A DNA stretch of 64,000 bases from Lama glama (GCA_028534125.1 CM052832.1:15378001-15442000); one strand, 5' to 3'. Positions 46,885 to 59,233 are shown, counted from the first letter of the stretch. Program-made: numbers and translations. The notes: generated by a model from the sequence alone, not told the origin.

Positions 46885-47124
46885 CTGCAGGGCAGAGACA
46901 GGGACCCAGCTGGACCCAAGGGCTGCCCGCCTCCCAGTGGTTTCCACAGCCTCCTCCAGCAGGGTCTGCACATAGGCAGGCGGAACCAGGCCGACAGGGG
47001 GAGGCTTCTGGGAGGAGCCTGGAGTTCTAAGGCTGAGGAAAGGGAGAGGCCCAGGGGAAGGCGTGAGGGTGGAACAGGCAGCAAATACCACAGGTGGAGG
47101 GAGAAGGCCAGCTCCTGTGGTGCA

Positions 47125-47345
47125 CCCGCTATGTGCCAGGACACACGCTACACGACTGTTGTGTGTTAGCTCACTTTACCTTCACAGTTATTCTAGAGAG
47201 TACGTGCTATTAATTATTCACATTTTACAGATGGTGAAACTGAGGCATGGGCAGTTAAGTAACCTGCCCAGTGTTACACAGCTATTAGGGGCCACATCCA
47301 GGATGCAAACCCAGGTGGTCTGGCTCCAGAATCCAGGCTTGAACC
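47125..47345 (-). mobile_element. MIR SINE
   Basis: CATTTTACAGATGGTGAAACTGAGGC...GTTAAGTAACCTGCCCAG...ACACAGCTA...CCCAGG...TCTGGCTCCAGA. Confidence 0.85.
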
Positions 47346-47556
47346 ACCACCATCCAGGGGAGGTGGGTCCGATAGGAGCCAGGAGTAGCCAGGCCGGGAT
47401 CCAGTGGAGGAAGCCACTGGAAATCCATTCCTCCCAGCCCAGCAGCAAGAGAACTGGACTGAAGCTGGTGATGGGGAACCGCCAGCAACCAGCAGGGATC
47501 CCCAACTCCCCCTGCACCCCTGCCCAGCACCCCCTACCCCCGCCCGGGGGCCTCAC

Positions 47557-47721
47557 CAGGATGCTGTAGAAGAGCTCATGGGCAAAGAGGCCCAGGACGC
47601 TAGTCAGGATGTAGCCCACGTGGTAGAGGAACTCCATGTCCATGACCATGGCCTTATAGCCCCGGATGAAGGTGCCACGGTTGCCCACGAAGCTCACCAC
47701 AAACACGATCTTGTTGGTCAG
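47557..47721 (-). CDS. ITPR3: ITPR3 exon 51
   Basis: [18 protein letters not shown]...AHELFYSIL, 165 nt. Confidence 0.96.
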
Positions 47722-48380
47722 CTGGGGGCAAGTGTAGGGCATGGCGGTCAGTGCCCTACCACCCACCCTGAATCCCCACCCCTGTTGTCATGCCCACCCG
47801 GTGCCCAGAGTAGAGGCCGTGACCAGTGGAGTAGATCTGAGTCAGCCCTGCTCAGCCTGGCAGACACAGCATTAATGAAAATGCTTCCAGAAATGCATCT
47901 GGGCTCCTGGGACTAGAATAGACAATTCCTTTGGGTCCCCTGCTCCAGGAAGAAAGTGAGACGCAGCTAAAGGAGGATGGGTCAGAGAAGATCACCCTTG
48001 GCCTTTATGGTGACTGAGTACGTTAGAAACGGTGCCCCCCATCTTGCTCAAAGCACAGTTTCCTGCCAGAACACACAAATCTTTGACATCTTCAACGTGC
48101 CTTTGGGTGGTGCACAGCTAACACCATGTACACAGCAGCCCTGAAGCTGCTGCTCCAAAGTGAGTCCTGGCTGGCCCTGAGTGCCCGCTGCCCCTCGTTG
48201 CCCAGGAGGATGGAGGAGCCATGGAGTGGTCCCCACCTGGGGTCTATAATGAGCTTGGGATCCCAACACAGGGATGAGGGGGATGGGGCAGCATAGTGGC
48301 CAGTGTGAGGCAGCAGGCCAGCTTCAGGTCCGACTGCAGGTGAGCGTGAGGGTTTGGAGTGGGGTCCCTCCAACACTCAC

Positions 48381-48553
48381 ATTGAGGGCACCCAGAATGT
48401 TGAGTGTGGGCCCAATGCCCAGGTAGTAGATGGAGCGCAGGATGAGCGCCACGATGAGGGGGCGGATGCTGTAGCGCTTGGTGAACAGGGCCGCTATGGA
48501 GAAGCAGATGAGGATCCAGAACAGCAGCGAGATGAGCGGGGAGCCCAGCACAC
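48381..48553 (-). CDS. ITPR3: ITPR3 exon 50
   Basis: VLGSPLISLLFWILICFS...GPTLNILGALN, 173 nt. Confidence 0.95.
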
Positions 48554-48954
48554 CTAGGGGCCGGGGAGCAGGGGTGAGTGCGGCTTGCTCAAGCCCATGG
48601 CCCCTGCAGATCCCAGAAGCCACCCCTTCTGGAAGCTTTCCCTGTAAATTCCTGGTCACCTGGCTTTAGGGCCTGGCCCATCACACCTGCATCTCTAGGC
48701 TTAAGGTATGAGGCCCTCTCCAGCTGCTGCTACCATAACTGGTCTCTGTCTCCAGAGATCAAAGACCCTGTCTGCCCCACTGGACTGCCCGTGTCTCCCC
48801 ATGATGGGGTGCAGAAACCAGAGAGCAGTGCAGGGGGTGCCTCTCCTCACTCTATCTGTTCCCCCAGAGCCTGGCTGACCCCCAGGCTCTGCCCAAACTG
48901 AAGGAGTGGGCACAGAGAGCTCAGGGCCCCTGCTTGCCAGCCCTGTGTCCTCAC

Positions 48955-49080
48955 CTGTGGACGCGCCCTCCATGTAGGGGTAGAAGAAAGCAATGATAAT
49001 GTTGATAAAAACTGCCAGGTTGAAGGAGATGCTGCCCCACAGGGTCATGCGGCGGGAGAACCAGTAGATGAGTGGCATGC
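48955..49080 (-). CDS. ITPR3: ITPR3 exon 49
   Basis: [41 protein letters not shown], 126 nt. Confidence 0.95.
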
Positions 49081-49291
49081 CTGGGGGAGCAAGGGACGGG
49101 TCCCTGATTAATACCGTCTGCCCACCTGACTCGGGGCCCCACTGCCAGCACAAGCTCTAGGTCCCACTTCTGGAAGTATATGTGATCGGAGCCATCCTTG
49201 GGGTGGGGTCCCCACCAGCAGGAGAAGGAGGCATCAAGGGCCATCCGCAAGCAGCTCCCAGCCCCGCCCGCCTGCGTGCTGGGGTCCTCAC

Positions 49292-49484
49292 TGCGGAGCT
49301 TGCGCTGCCACTCCATCTCGTTGTGCAGGAAGGAGGACTGGTCGAAGAAGTCGCTCACTTTGCTGCCCTGCTCGTCCTGCTCTGTGGTGGTGAAGAGCCG
49401 GTGCTTGGTCTCCTCCGTCAGGAACTGGCAGATGCCGGGCACCGGGAACACGATCTGCTCCATGCTGCGATCCTGCCGCACGAT
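49292..49484 (-). CDS. ITPR3: ITPR3 exon 48
   Basis: [27 protein letters not shown]...EMEWQRKLR, 193 nt. Confidence 0.96.
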
Positions 49485-49576
49485 CTGGACGCACACAGGT
49501 GCGTAGTCACATTGAGCCTTGACTACCGAAGGCCAAGCCCAGAGCCCTCATCACTGTTAAGTGCCCTTAGCCCCAC

Positions 49577-49687
49577 CTCGATCTGGGACGTGTGGTTCTC
49601 ATAGTAGGCCAGGGGATCCTCCTCCTCCTCCTGTGCAGGCACTGAGGACTTGAGCATCTGTGACAGCTGCTTGTTGTTGAGGCTGAG
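49577..49687 (-). CDS. ITPR3: ITPR3 exon 47
   Basis: LSLNNKQLSQMLKSSVPAQEEEEDPLAYYENHTSQIE, 111 nt. Confidence 0.95.
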
Positions 49688-50282
49688 CTGGGGGCGAGGG
49701 GATGCTGAGGTCAGGTCCAGCAGCCCCACACCACTAGGCCTGCCATCTGAGCCCCACCTGCCAGGTCTGAGTCCAACTCTGATCAGATCTAGCCCAGCCC
49801 AGACCAACAAAAACCCAACCCCAAAGAGGGAGACAGTCCTACAGGACAGTCAACACCCTGCACAGTCCTGCTCAGGGGCACCCTAGTTCCTGCTCCAGGC
49901 TTCCAGACCTGCCCCAGACCCACAAAGCAACCTTGCTCACACTCCTAGGTCCCGGTTACATCCCTGGCCACTAGTCGGTCTCCCAGCGGTCCTGAGCCCC
50001 ACTCCCCAAGTCTAACCGGGCTTTTTACTCAGGTGCAAACCAAGCCCTTGGGCCACAGGTCCTCCCTGAGTTCCTGGACCCGCCCCCAGCCTCATCCCAG
50101 ATTCCAGCCAGGCTGTGAGGTCTCAGCTCCACCCTCAGCCCCACCTCGGGTCATAGCCCAGCCCTCAATTCCTAGCCTCACCCAGATGCTATCCCATCCC
50201 ATCTCCCGCCCAGCCCCGCCCCATTCTCAGCCTTAGCCACGCCCCACACCCCAGCCCCATCCTCCGTCCTCCTGGCCCCCAC

Positions 50283-50369
50283 CATGGAAGAGATGCCCTC
50301 AGCCTCCTCCTCTTGGATGCGCTTCACCGGTTTCAGCAGGTGCTGCAGCTGTTTGTTGTGCCTGGAGAG
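50283..50369 (-). CDS. ITPR3: ITPR3 exon 46
   Basis: LSRHNKQLQHLLKPVKRIQEEEAEGISSM, 87 nt. Confidence 0.94.
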
Positions 50370-50454
50370 CTGAGTGAGGGCAGCGCAGTCAGGGGGGCGT
50401 GGTCGCTGGTGGGGGAATGACTGCCGGGGCGGGGCCACGGGGCGGGGCCAGTAC

Positions 50455-50556
50455 CTGCAGCGCCAGGATGTAGATATTGTGACCCACTTCACGTGGGCTC
50501 ACGTCCGAGTTCTCACGCTCCTCCTCCTGCAGGTAGGCCTTCTTGATGACGTCCAC
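50455..50556 (-). CDS. ITPR3: ITPR3 exon 45
   Basis: VDVIKKAYLQEEERENSDVSPREVGHNIYILALQ, 102 nt. Confidence 0.95.
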
Positions 50557-50693
50557 CTGGCGGGGCAGTGCATGCTCGAATGCCTTCTTCCCGCGACATA
50601 GTGCGGGCTGGGCCCCAATCCCCATCAGCACATACCCGACCCGGTCCGCCTCCCCACCTAACCCTCTCCACCTGACCACCAGCCCAGTCTCAC

Positions 50694-50789
50694 CAGCTCC
50701 TGGGGCCGCAGGCTGATGAGGATGCGCTCAGCGTTTTCACTGTCGTGCCGGCTCTCCATAAGTGCCAGGAGCAGCTTGGAGGCGTTGTC
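50694..50789 (-). CDS. ITPR3: ITPR3 exon 44
   Basis: [32 protein letters not shown], 96 nt. Confidence 0.95.
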
Positions 50790-51049
50790 CTGAGTTGAGG
50801 GGACAGGCCACAGTCTAAGGGGCCCTATCACCCACTCCACTGACTACTCCAAAACAGCCTTGGCCCTCAAGTCCCATGGCCCTCCCATTCCCCACTGACC
50901 CCGGGGCTGGCCGAGATGGGTCCTGCATATCCAGCCCACTCATAGGCCGCCTTCCCCGACCCTGTGGCCAACACACTCATGCCCCAGATGGCAGTCACGT
51001 ACACAGGAGGCCCCCGGATAAACTCAGAACACGTGTGCTTCTAGAGCAA

Positions 51050-51200
51050 GTGTACATCCTGCACGTTTGCTCACAGGTGCACTCGTGCACACATGTAAAC
51101 ATGCACATTAACACCTGCGCACATCACACACTCTTGCACACATGCCTGCACCACACACACACTCAACACACAGCACACAAACATCCATGCACGCTCACAC
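51050..51200. repeat. CA-rich low-complexity tract
   Basis: Degenerate (CA)n/(TGCA) run inside an ITPR3 intron. Confidence 0.75.
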
Positions 51201-51219
51201 GGGCTGCCACGGGCCCCAC

Positions 51220-51330
51220 CTTGAGTTGCAGCACCAGATCCATGCGATACTTGCACAACGGACTGATGTCGTTGAGAATCAGCGCAGTGATGATGTCTAT
51301 GCCATTGGACTCGTGTGTGACGATGCAGGT
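51220..51330 (-). CDS. ITPR3: ITPR3 exon 43
   Basis: [37 protein letters not shown], 111 nt. Confidence 0.96.
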
Positions 51331-51446
51331 CTGGCGGGAGGCAGGGGTGGGGGGCACCAGGCCCAGGCCCCTCAGAATCATGGCAGCTCCAGAGGCCTCC
51401 ATCCTCCCACACGTCCATGTGGCCATGTACCGCCCTGACAGCTCAC

Positions 51447-51647
51447 CTGGTTCTCATGGCAGGGGCCCTGGCAGTACTCTGTCAGGGTCTCCAGGGTCTG
51501 GATGACGAGGCCCACGTTATCCTCGTTGATGTAGAGCCCCAGCAGCCCCAGGCCGCCCGTGGTGCTGCCGCACATGATATCCAGGAACTGCAGCGTCTCA
51601 CACACCAGGTTGTAGTTGGTCTTGTTGTTCTGGCAGCGCAGGAAGTT
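51447..51647 (-). CDS. ITPR3: ITPR3 exon 42
   Basis: [23 protein letters not shown]...[14 protein letters not shown], 201 nt. Confidence 0.97.
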
Positions 51648-51832
51648 CTGCAGAGCACAGGAGGGGGCGGCTGCAGCAGGGAGGGGGCAGGGGCCCGCTA
51701 GGGGACAGCGATCCTGTGGGCTGCAGGGCTTGGGGGATCGACGTGCCACTGGCCAGCAGGGGCCAAAGTGGGGTTGGGGCAAGGCAGGGCGAGGTGGGCG
51801 CGACTGTGGTCGGCAGGGGCGGGGCCGCTCAC

Positions 51833-52017
51833 CTGCAGGTCCCGGTTGTGGTTCTCACACAGCAGCTGCAGGAAGCGCAGGATGGGTTGCATGATGAGCA
51901 CGGATGTCCCCATCTCGTTACTCTGCACGCGTTCGCTCACCTCGTGCCCCCGACGCAGGCTGGGGCCCAGCGAATAGCGGGATGAGGAGCCAGGCATTGA
52001 GAAGGAGGCCACGCGGC
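51833..52017 (-). CDS. ITPR3: ITPR3 exon 41
   Basis: [17 protein letters not shown]...[17 protein letters not shown], 185 nt. Confidence 0.96.
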
Positions 52018-52201
52018 CTGTGGGACAAGGTCTAGTGAGGCTGGGAAAGGCCTGTGTTCCTATCCTGTCCCCTGCCCACACACCTTGCCTGATACCCCAA
52101 GCCCTCATTCCTGGGGCCCCGTGACCCCCCTTCACCTTGTACCCTCTGACCCCACTTGGCACCCCCACCTTGTAACCCATGCCCCCATCCGCACCCCCGA
52201 C

Positions 52202-52376
52202 CTTTGGCTGTGGGGTCTGCCGGCTCCCGGTCCTCACGCGGCTGACTACCCAGGTCATTCATGTTGACAGCCACTGTGGACTTAGTCTCCTGCTGAGCCC
52301 GCTTCATGCGGTCATGCAGCACCTTGAAGAAGCGCTCTGACTTCTTGTCGCTGGTCATCAGGTTGTAGAAGGATTT
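52202..52376 (-). CDS. ITPR3: ITPR3 exon 40
   Basis: [30 protein letters not shown]...EPADPTAK, 175 nt. Confidence 0.95.
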
Positions 52377-52639
52377 CTGGGGGCAGACCGTGATATGGGG
52401 GCAGCCTCAGCATTGGGCCTGGCTCTCAGCAGCCCTTGGGGAAGCCCCTGGGTGCTCCATCCTGTACTACAGGGACAAGGATGGGACACAGATGGGCCCC
52501 CAGATGTGCCCAAACCAGACTGAGGTGGGAGAAACAGAGGCATCCCTGTGCCCTGCAATTAAGGGTGGCGTGAGGGGTGGTTTGGACCATCAGTGCTGGA
52601 GGAGGAGGGGTCTGTAACTGCGAAGCTGGAGGCCTATAC

Positions 52640-53242
52640 TAGCCTCCTCACTACCTTCTGCATCTGCCCCTGGCCTTACATCTGTTCCCCACACAGCAGC
52701 CAGACACATCCCTTTGAAATTTAAGTCATGTCTCTCCTCTGCTCAAAACCCTGCAGTGGCCCCATCTTCCCCAGAGGAAGGCCAGGCCTCACAGTGCCCA
52801 TGAGGCCACGTGAGGGCCCGCCCCCTCTGACCTCAGCACCTACTACTCACCCCACCTCTGCCCTGCCAGCCACAGCAGCCACTTCCCCCTCACAGCATTT
52901 TGCTGCCTGCTCTGTCTGCCCCAGGTGCTCTGCCCCACTTTGCCACATGCTCACCTCCAAGTTTTTATTCACGTCTCCCTCTCAGGGGCCTTCCCCGATC
53001 ACTCCAAGATACCGCCCTGCCCCAGCACTCCCAAAGCCCCCTGCCTGAATTATCACTGTCCAGTATATTCTCTGTATTATGTAGGGAGTACGATTAGGGA
53101 CCATGGCCCCCACTAGGATATAAGTACCAAGAAACCATGCATTTTGTCCCTTGTTCACTGCTGCCTCCTTAGCACCTAGAGCACTACCGGGCACACAGAA
53201 GCCACTCAATGTAGACTTATGGAGTTAATGGACGAATGAATG
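52640..53242 (+). mobile_element. L2 LINE 3' fragment
   Basis: CTCTGCTCAAAACCCTGCAGTGGC...CTTGTTCACTGCTG...AGCACCTAGAGCAC...GGCACACAG...CTCAAT...GAATGAATG is the L2 3' terminus. Confidence 0.85.
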
Positions 53243-53601
53243 GAGAGGAGAGAATCAGAGGGCTTTTGGAGAAGGCAGGCCTTTAGTTGGGTACCAAAGG
53301 CTGAGGAGGATGCGGTAGAGGAGGGAAGGAGGCCCGAAGAGAGGCTGAGAGGCAAGAATGAGGGGGCAGAATGTGGGAGACAGGCTAAGGCCTGGCTGCA
53401 GCAGGGCGGGGGTGTAGGGAAAGAAAAGGGCCACATGACACAGGGGGCAGATACAGGAGGCAGAGCCGCCCCAGAGTAGCTGGACTTCTGCTGGCCACCA
53501 GCACCCAGCCCTGCAGCCCAGCGCCTGGCTCACTGTCCCCCATCCTGAGTTGGAAGCCCCACCCAGGAGGTGAGCCCCTCAGCACTCCCACCACTCCACA
53601 C

Positions 53602-53771
53602 CTGAATCTCCGTGTTGCCACCGTCCAGCAGGTGGATGGCCAGGCCAATGCTCTCTTGGAAGATCTTCTCATTCTTGGTGCTGGTGATGAGGTCGCACAC
53701 CAGCTTGGTAGCCCCCTCCTTGTCCAGCCGGCACTGGGTAGCCGCAATTGCTGACCAGTCTTGGTCCAGGC
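53602..53771 (-). CDS. ITPR3: ITPR3 exon 39
   Basis: LDQDWSAIAATQCRLDKEGATKLVCDL...LLDGGNTEIQ, 170 nt. Confidence 0.95.
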
Positions 53772-53897
53772 CTGGAGTGGCGAACTCACTTAAGGGGGAG
53801 CTGATGACAGAGTGGCAGGGAGTGGCAAGGAGTGGGAAGGGAGGGCCCAGGGCAATCAGGCTGCCCAGGGGCACGGCAGGGGAAATGCGGTACTGAC

Positions 53898-53988
53898 CAG
53901 TGCCCATGGGGTCGGGAAGGTCCCCCCGAGAGCTGGACTTCCGGTTCTGGAGGTAGTTTTGTAGCAGCATCTTGCGCAGCTGGTTGCC
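53898..53988 (-). CDS. ITPR3: ITPR3 exon 38
   Basis: GNQLRKMLLQNYLQNRKSSSRGDLPDPMGT, 91 nt. Confidence 0.94.
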
Positions 53989-54116
53989 CTGCGGGGAGGG
54001 GAGCGAGGCCCACAGTAGCATGCTTCCCCGTTGAACCCTCAGCCAGCAGTCCTGGCCCTGAGCCCCTGGAGCTCATGGCTGGGCCTGCCCGCCTTCCAGC
54101 CCCGCCCAGCACTCAC

Positions 54117-54225
54117 CCGGTCCCCGTACTTGGTCTTCTTGAGCAGCATCTGCTGCAGCGTCCTGAGCACCTTGACGCAGAGCTTCTCCTCCGACTCCAT
54201 GAGGTCCTTGGTGTGTTGGATCAGC
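54117..54225 (-). CDS. ITPR3: ITPR3 exon 37
   Basis: LIQHTKDLMESEEKLCVKVLRTLQQMLLKKTKYGDR, 109 nt. Confidence 0.95.
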
Positions 54226-54400
54226 CTGGCCGGCAGAGAAGGAGGACATGCTCAGGGCAGCCCCTACAGCCTCCCTCCAGCCACTGTCCCCAACCCCAGC
54301 CCTCTGACCCTAAGGGCTGTCTGGTTACCACCAGGCCCTTCCCTGTCCTGGGCCACTGCACCACTGCCCACCCCAACGCCCAGCCCAGCATCCCACTCAC

Positions 54401-54549
54401 TTGGACAGGAAGCCCCCACTCTCACACCGCTGGTAGGCCTCACTGCCCTCCAGGAAGAGCAGCTCGGGCCAGTGTAGGACATCCACCAGTACGGACAGCT
54501 CAGCCTGCACCAGGGGCTTCAGCCGTTCCTCCAGGGCAGTGATGATGTC
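54401..54549 (-). CDS. ITPR3: ITPR3 exon 36
   Basis: [32 protein letters not shown]...CESGGFLS, 149 nt. Confidence 0.96.
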
Positions 54550-55130
54550 CTGGGGTAGGCAGGGGTAGGCAGGGGTGGGCAGGGGTGGGCCGGGCCACCC
54601 CCACCCAAGAGATGACCACACGTGACCACCATTCCCCAATCCCCAACACCAAAGGGTCCCACGGATTGGCCTGTACCCCACCATCTGAGGGAGCCAGGGC
54701 CCACAGAGCCGCCATGAACAGAGCATATGACATCTATCTGCTCAGAGCCCCTGTCTGGGAGCCACACACTTGGCTCTTTTCCCAGCCTCTCCTCTAGCTC
54801 TGTGTGACCTTGGGCAAACCCCTTGCCCTCTCTGGGCTTTGATATCCAACCACACGGGGATCATAACCCACCACACCCCCTCTACAGGCAAACAAAACAG
54901 TGGACAGAAGTGTGTTTCAGAAACAGGAAGGTGCTGTCCGTGGTGAGGGGAGTCCTGACACCCTTCATGAGCACCAACCCTGGAATGGGGCCCCTCAGCC
55001 CCCTGCCCCTAGCAGCCCCCAGGAGGAGACAAGCCAACTAGCCCCTTCCTGGCAAGAGTGGGCAGCACAGAAGGGACACTCCCCAAGAACAGGCCCTTCC
55101 AAAGCAGCTCCCAGGCCGCCCCACACCCAC

Positions 55131-55321
55131 CTGCAGCTTCTCGATGATGTTCTTGTAGTCCCACTGGTTGGCGGTGGGAGTGACACGGGGGAAGGCCCTC
55201 GTGGCTGCCTTGTAGCTGGAAGCGTTCCGCTGGGCAGCAGCCACACAGCTGGCACCACTACTGAGCAGTGAGCTGATGTGGGCATCCAGGTCCATGGGCA
55301 GCAAGATAGCCCGGCCCTTGG
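55131..55321 (-). CDS. ITPR3: ITPR3 exon 35
   Basis: KGRAILLPMDLDAHISS...NQWDYKNIIEKLQ, 191 nt. Confidence 0.95.
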
Positions 55322-55873
55322 CTGGGGGGAGAGGGGACAGGGTGCTGGAGGGCTGGTGTGGGGTGGGGGGTCTGCCAGCCAGAGGGGCAAAGTTCAGAGC
55401 TGTCGCACTGGGGGACAGGATGAACTCGACCAAGGGCCTGGGGTGCAGGAGCCACCACCCTGGCCCCCGCTTGGACTGAGGTGCCCTCTTCCCTTTTTTG
55501 GGTAAGAAGAGGGAGTTTCTGCCTCTATAATTCTACCCTGGCTCCACTCTGACCCCTCCCCGACCTCTCTCCCCTTAGCTAACTCTCCCTAACAATCTAC
55601 AGGCCTCCTTCCTGCCTGAGACCATTTGCAAGCATAAGAAACTCTGGCTGGGGGATGTCACCCAGCACTCTCCTCTAGGGAACTGACTCAGAGTAGATAG
55701 CTTCTCTCAACTGCTAAGATGCTAGTTAGACACCAAGAAGGACTTACTGAGAACCACCTAGGAACAGACGACAGGTGAGCCTAGGGATAAGGTGTTTACT
55801 GGAAGGGCAGCATCCCTGTGGCGAAGGGAGGGGAGGGGTGGTTGGAGCTGGCCAGTGCCCCTGGCACACTCAC

Positions 55874-55994
55874 CCACCATGGCGAGGGTCCGGATGCAGG
55901 CTTCCACGGAGCCCTTGTGCTGCTGCTGCAGCCACGGACACTCAAGCAGCCGCGTGGTGGACTGCAGGAGCTGCACCACGATCGTCTGGTGTGT
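55874..55994 (-). CDS. ITPR3: ITPR3 exon 34
   Basis: THQTIVVQLLQSTTRLLECPWLQQQHKGSVEACIRTLAMV, 121 nt. Confidence 0.95.
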
Positions 55995-56639
55995 CTGTAA
56001 GAGGCAACACACCTGCTGCTACAGCCTGGCCCACCTTCCACCCTGGACAGCCCCAGGCCAAGTGATCAGGGCCTGCTGAGTATGCGCATGGGTGGAGGTT
56101 CAGGATCTACCATGTGCCTTTGTTCCATTTGGAAAAAGGCACCACCCCCCTTGCCTCTCAGCAGTGCACAACTGTACACGGCAGCCCTGTGAGAACACCC
56201 CGAGGTCCAGGCCTGGGGCTTATAGCCCATTGCTGACCCTTTTCTTCCTTTTAAAAATGTTAAATAAATTAATATTGTAAAAAGGGGATATATTTACATG
56301 GTTCAAAAACCATAAAGGTTATAAGAAGGAATGCTTTGAGAAGTCCTGTCCCAAAACTTGACTCCATCCCCCTCATTCTCCTATGCTCTGCCCTGGGGCT
56401 GGTAAGAGGTGGGGAAAACTGATACAAATCACCAGAGTCCCATAGTTCCAAAGGGGCCTCAGGGCCCAAACACATGTGTGTCAAAATTAATCCTCCTTGC
56501 TGGGAGAACAGGACCCAATGTTTTTTAGCCACTCTCAGACGCACCACACCATCCTCAGTCCTTCTACCTACATGCAGCCCTTATGTTGGTCTCTTGTGAG
56601 TCCTTTCAATGTTTCTTTATGAATTAGGTGGGGTAGCAG

Positions 56640-57137
56640 GCTCTTCCTCAAGGGAACCTGAGTCTCTTTCATTCAGGGGGCTCTGAGGCTATGACCTGCC
56701 TCAAGTTTGAGAATCTGGGGACTTCCTGAGGGGCTGTGACTCTTTCAGTGATTCAAGGCAAACTTCAGTTCACTAGCCTAGAGCTTTTCTGCTTCTACAG
56801 ACGAGCAGACTTAAGGCTGTCTACCTACATCAGTTCAAGGGACACCATGACCAACTAGCCAACATCAAAGATTCTGTGCATCAGATTATCCTGATAACTG
56901 CTTGCGCTCTGCTGTCCACTGCGGTAAGCATCACATCTTGTCACTGATGTGTAGGAGCTGCCAAGGGTCCCTTCCACCCCGGGACCCATTATAGCAAATG
57001 AATTTAGGAAGCCCTGATCTATGGCATGGTTCCCACTGTACTTACTAACCCACAGAAACTGTGAGAGGATAAATGTTTGTTGTTTTAAACTACTAGATTT
57101 GGGGGTAATTTGTTACTCAGTATTGATAACTAATACA
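56640..57137 (+). mobile_element. MLT1-type (MaLR) solo LTR
   Basis: 3' end AACTGTGAGAGGATAAATGTTTGTTGTTTTAAACTACTAGATTTGGGGGTAATTTGTTAC...ATAACTAATACA is characteristic of MLT1; 5' boundary uncertain. Confidence 0.7.
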
Positions 57138-57260
57138 CGTGTATATCTTTCTGCTATACCTCTATGCACTACAAGCAAATAGGAATATATGTGTGTATAT
57201 ATATTCTGATTTCCCTCCCTTCTCCTCCTTGCACAAAAGCTACTAGCAGCAGGAGCCCAC

Positions 57261-57386
57261 CTGCAGGGAGGTGCTGTTCTCAGAGAACGGGGAGCTGAAG
57301 AAGGCACTGATGGTATCCAGCACGACGGTCAGCACGTACTTCTCCAGGGTGGGGTCAGCCAGGCGCTTCTCCCGCTTACTACAGAC
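57261..57386 (-). CDS. ITPR3: ITPR3 exon 33
   Basis: [42 protein letters not shown], 126 nt. Confidence 0.95.
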
Positions 57387-57515
57387 CTGGGTTAGGAGAG
57401 ACAGATGCCTGAGGGTGTCCAACACCTGGGGGCCCTCCACTTCTACCCATGGGAAGGCCACCACCCCCCTACCCCACCAGTCTGCCTGCAGGTCCACAGC
57501 CCCCTGGGGACAGAC

Positions 57516-57641
57516 CCGAGCCATGTCCAGGGTGAAGTTCTCAAAGAGTGTCCAGATGTGGTTACTGGTGTAGATCTCCTTCATCTCCACCTCCGTGTCC
57601 ACATAGCAGTGGTTCACAAAGTTCACGTAGGCCATTTTCAC
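57516..57641 (-). CDS. ITPR3: ITPR3 exon 32
   Basis: [42 protein letters not shown], 126 nt. Confidence 0.96.
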
Positions 57642-57940
57642 CTGGGCAGGCAGGGCCGGGAGGTCAAGGGCACGAGCAGGGTGCCCACCCAGGCTCTCCA
57701 CTTCTCTGCCCTTCACCGATTCCTTCTGGCCTTCCCCCTGCTCCACTACCCATGTCCCCACCATCTCCCTCGCCTCCCAATCCCTGTCCACCTCCCCCAC
57801 TTTCCTCATCTCCCTCCTCCTGCCCCACTGTGCAGGGCTGAGTGGCTGCCTTGGCCCGCTTGACCATCCCCTCACCCCTGCAGCTTCCCCTACCCTCCAG
57901 CCACCTTCCCCGGTCCCCAGGGTCCCCACACAGGCCCCAC

Positions 57941-58192
57941 CTCAGTGATGCAGTCTTCATGCGTCACCACAGATACCACATCCTCCAGGGGCAGCAGGGA
58001 TGTGCACTTGATCTCAGTGTAGACATTCTTGCCCTCCGCACAGGCGGCCAGCAGGTCCACCAGGGAGATGTGGTACATGAGGGGGCTGTGGTCCTCCACA
58101 CCATCCCGGGCGGCCTTCATCATGTCCAGCAGGTTAGTCAGTGAGGCCTTGTCATTGTAGAACACGACCACGTCGTCACCTGCGTTGGTCAG
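57941..58192 (-). CDS. ITPR3: ITPR3 exon 31
   Basis: [18 protein letters not shown]...[13 protein letters not shown]...THEDCITE, 252 nt. Confidence 0.96.
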
Positions 58193-59233
58193 CTGGTGGT
58201 GGGAGGTGGGGCACGCATCAGACCCCCCTTAGTCCAGCTCCACCCATCTGCCCTCCCCAGGGAGAGGCTGGTACTCTGACCCCAGCCCTCACCCAACACT
58301 CAGGAAAACCCTCTCCTGAGACTTTGGGGTTCCCTGGCCCTTGGGCCCTAGGCTAATGTCTCAGGCCCTCTGCCACCAGGGACACAGCCCAGCACCCAGG
58401 AAGTCCCCCTCCTCTCCTAAGGAAAGATCCCCACTTGGGCCAGTCTCAGAGGCGCCTCCTCCAGGAAGCCCATTGTAATCCCAACCCCTCCTGGCTTTCC
58501 CGCCCCTGTGCTCCCACAGCTGTAATGTAAACCCTCGAGGAGCACACAGTATCTCTCTCATGTCAGTGATTATGTTATTCACAGAAATGTAACAGCAAGT
58601 AATAATTAGCACTGCACAGCCCTTCCAACACGGCTTCTCATTAATTACATTCCCTCGTCTCACCTTAGCGCTGGCTCCTTTCTCTCCCTGCCCACCCCCC
58701 CATCCTGTAAGACACTCCGGGACAGAGACCACATCTGTTCAGATTCAGACTCAGCCCCTCATTTTTTGCCTTCAGGCAACACGTGTTTACTGAGTACCTA
58801 CTGTGTGCCGGACCCTGGGGCCCTAGCAATGAGCACAAGGAACGTGGTCCCTGTCCCGCACCCTTTGCCCCTGCCCTCAGAGCTTGCACTCGATTGACTT
58901 CTCCCGGGGATGCATGGGCCTTAGCACACAGCAGGTGCTTCATGATTTGTAAATAAATGACAGTAAATGATAAATGAAGGAATGAGTGTTTGAGATCTTT
59001 CAGGCTCCTTATCTGAGTTCTACCAGGCACCTAAGTTCTCCCCCTGGGCCCCGCATGAGTTCTGTTAGGCCGCCTGAGTTCTACTACACCTGCCTCTGTG
59101 ACCTCAGTCCTCCCCTATGTCCCCTCCACAGCCCAGCACCTCAGGGTCCCTTTTCTGACCCACGGTCTGACTTCTCAAAGTCCAGGCCCCCCGCCGCCCG
59201 AGTTCCCTGTGCGCCGCTCAGCCCCACCCTCAC

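Noticed and set aside
50876..51505. 209-aa His/Thr-rich ORF
   Set aside because: Produced by the CA-rich low-complexity tract plus antisense ITPR3 exon sequence
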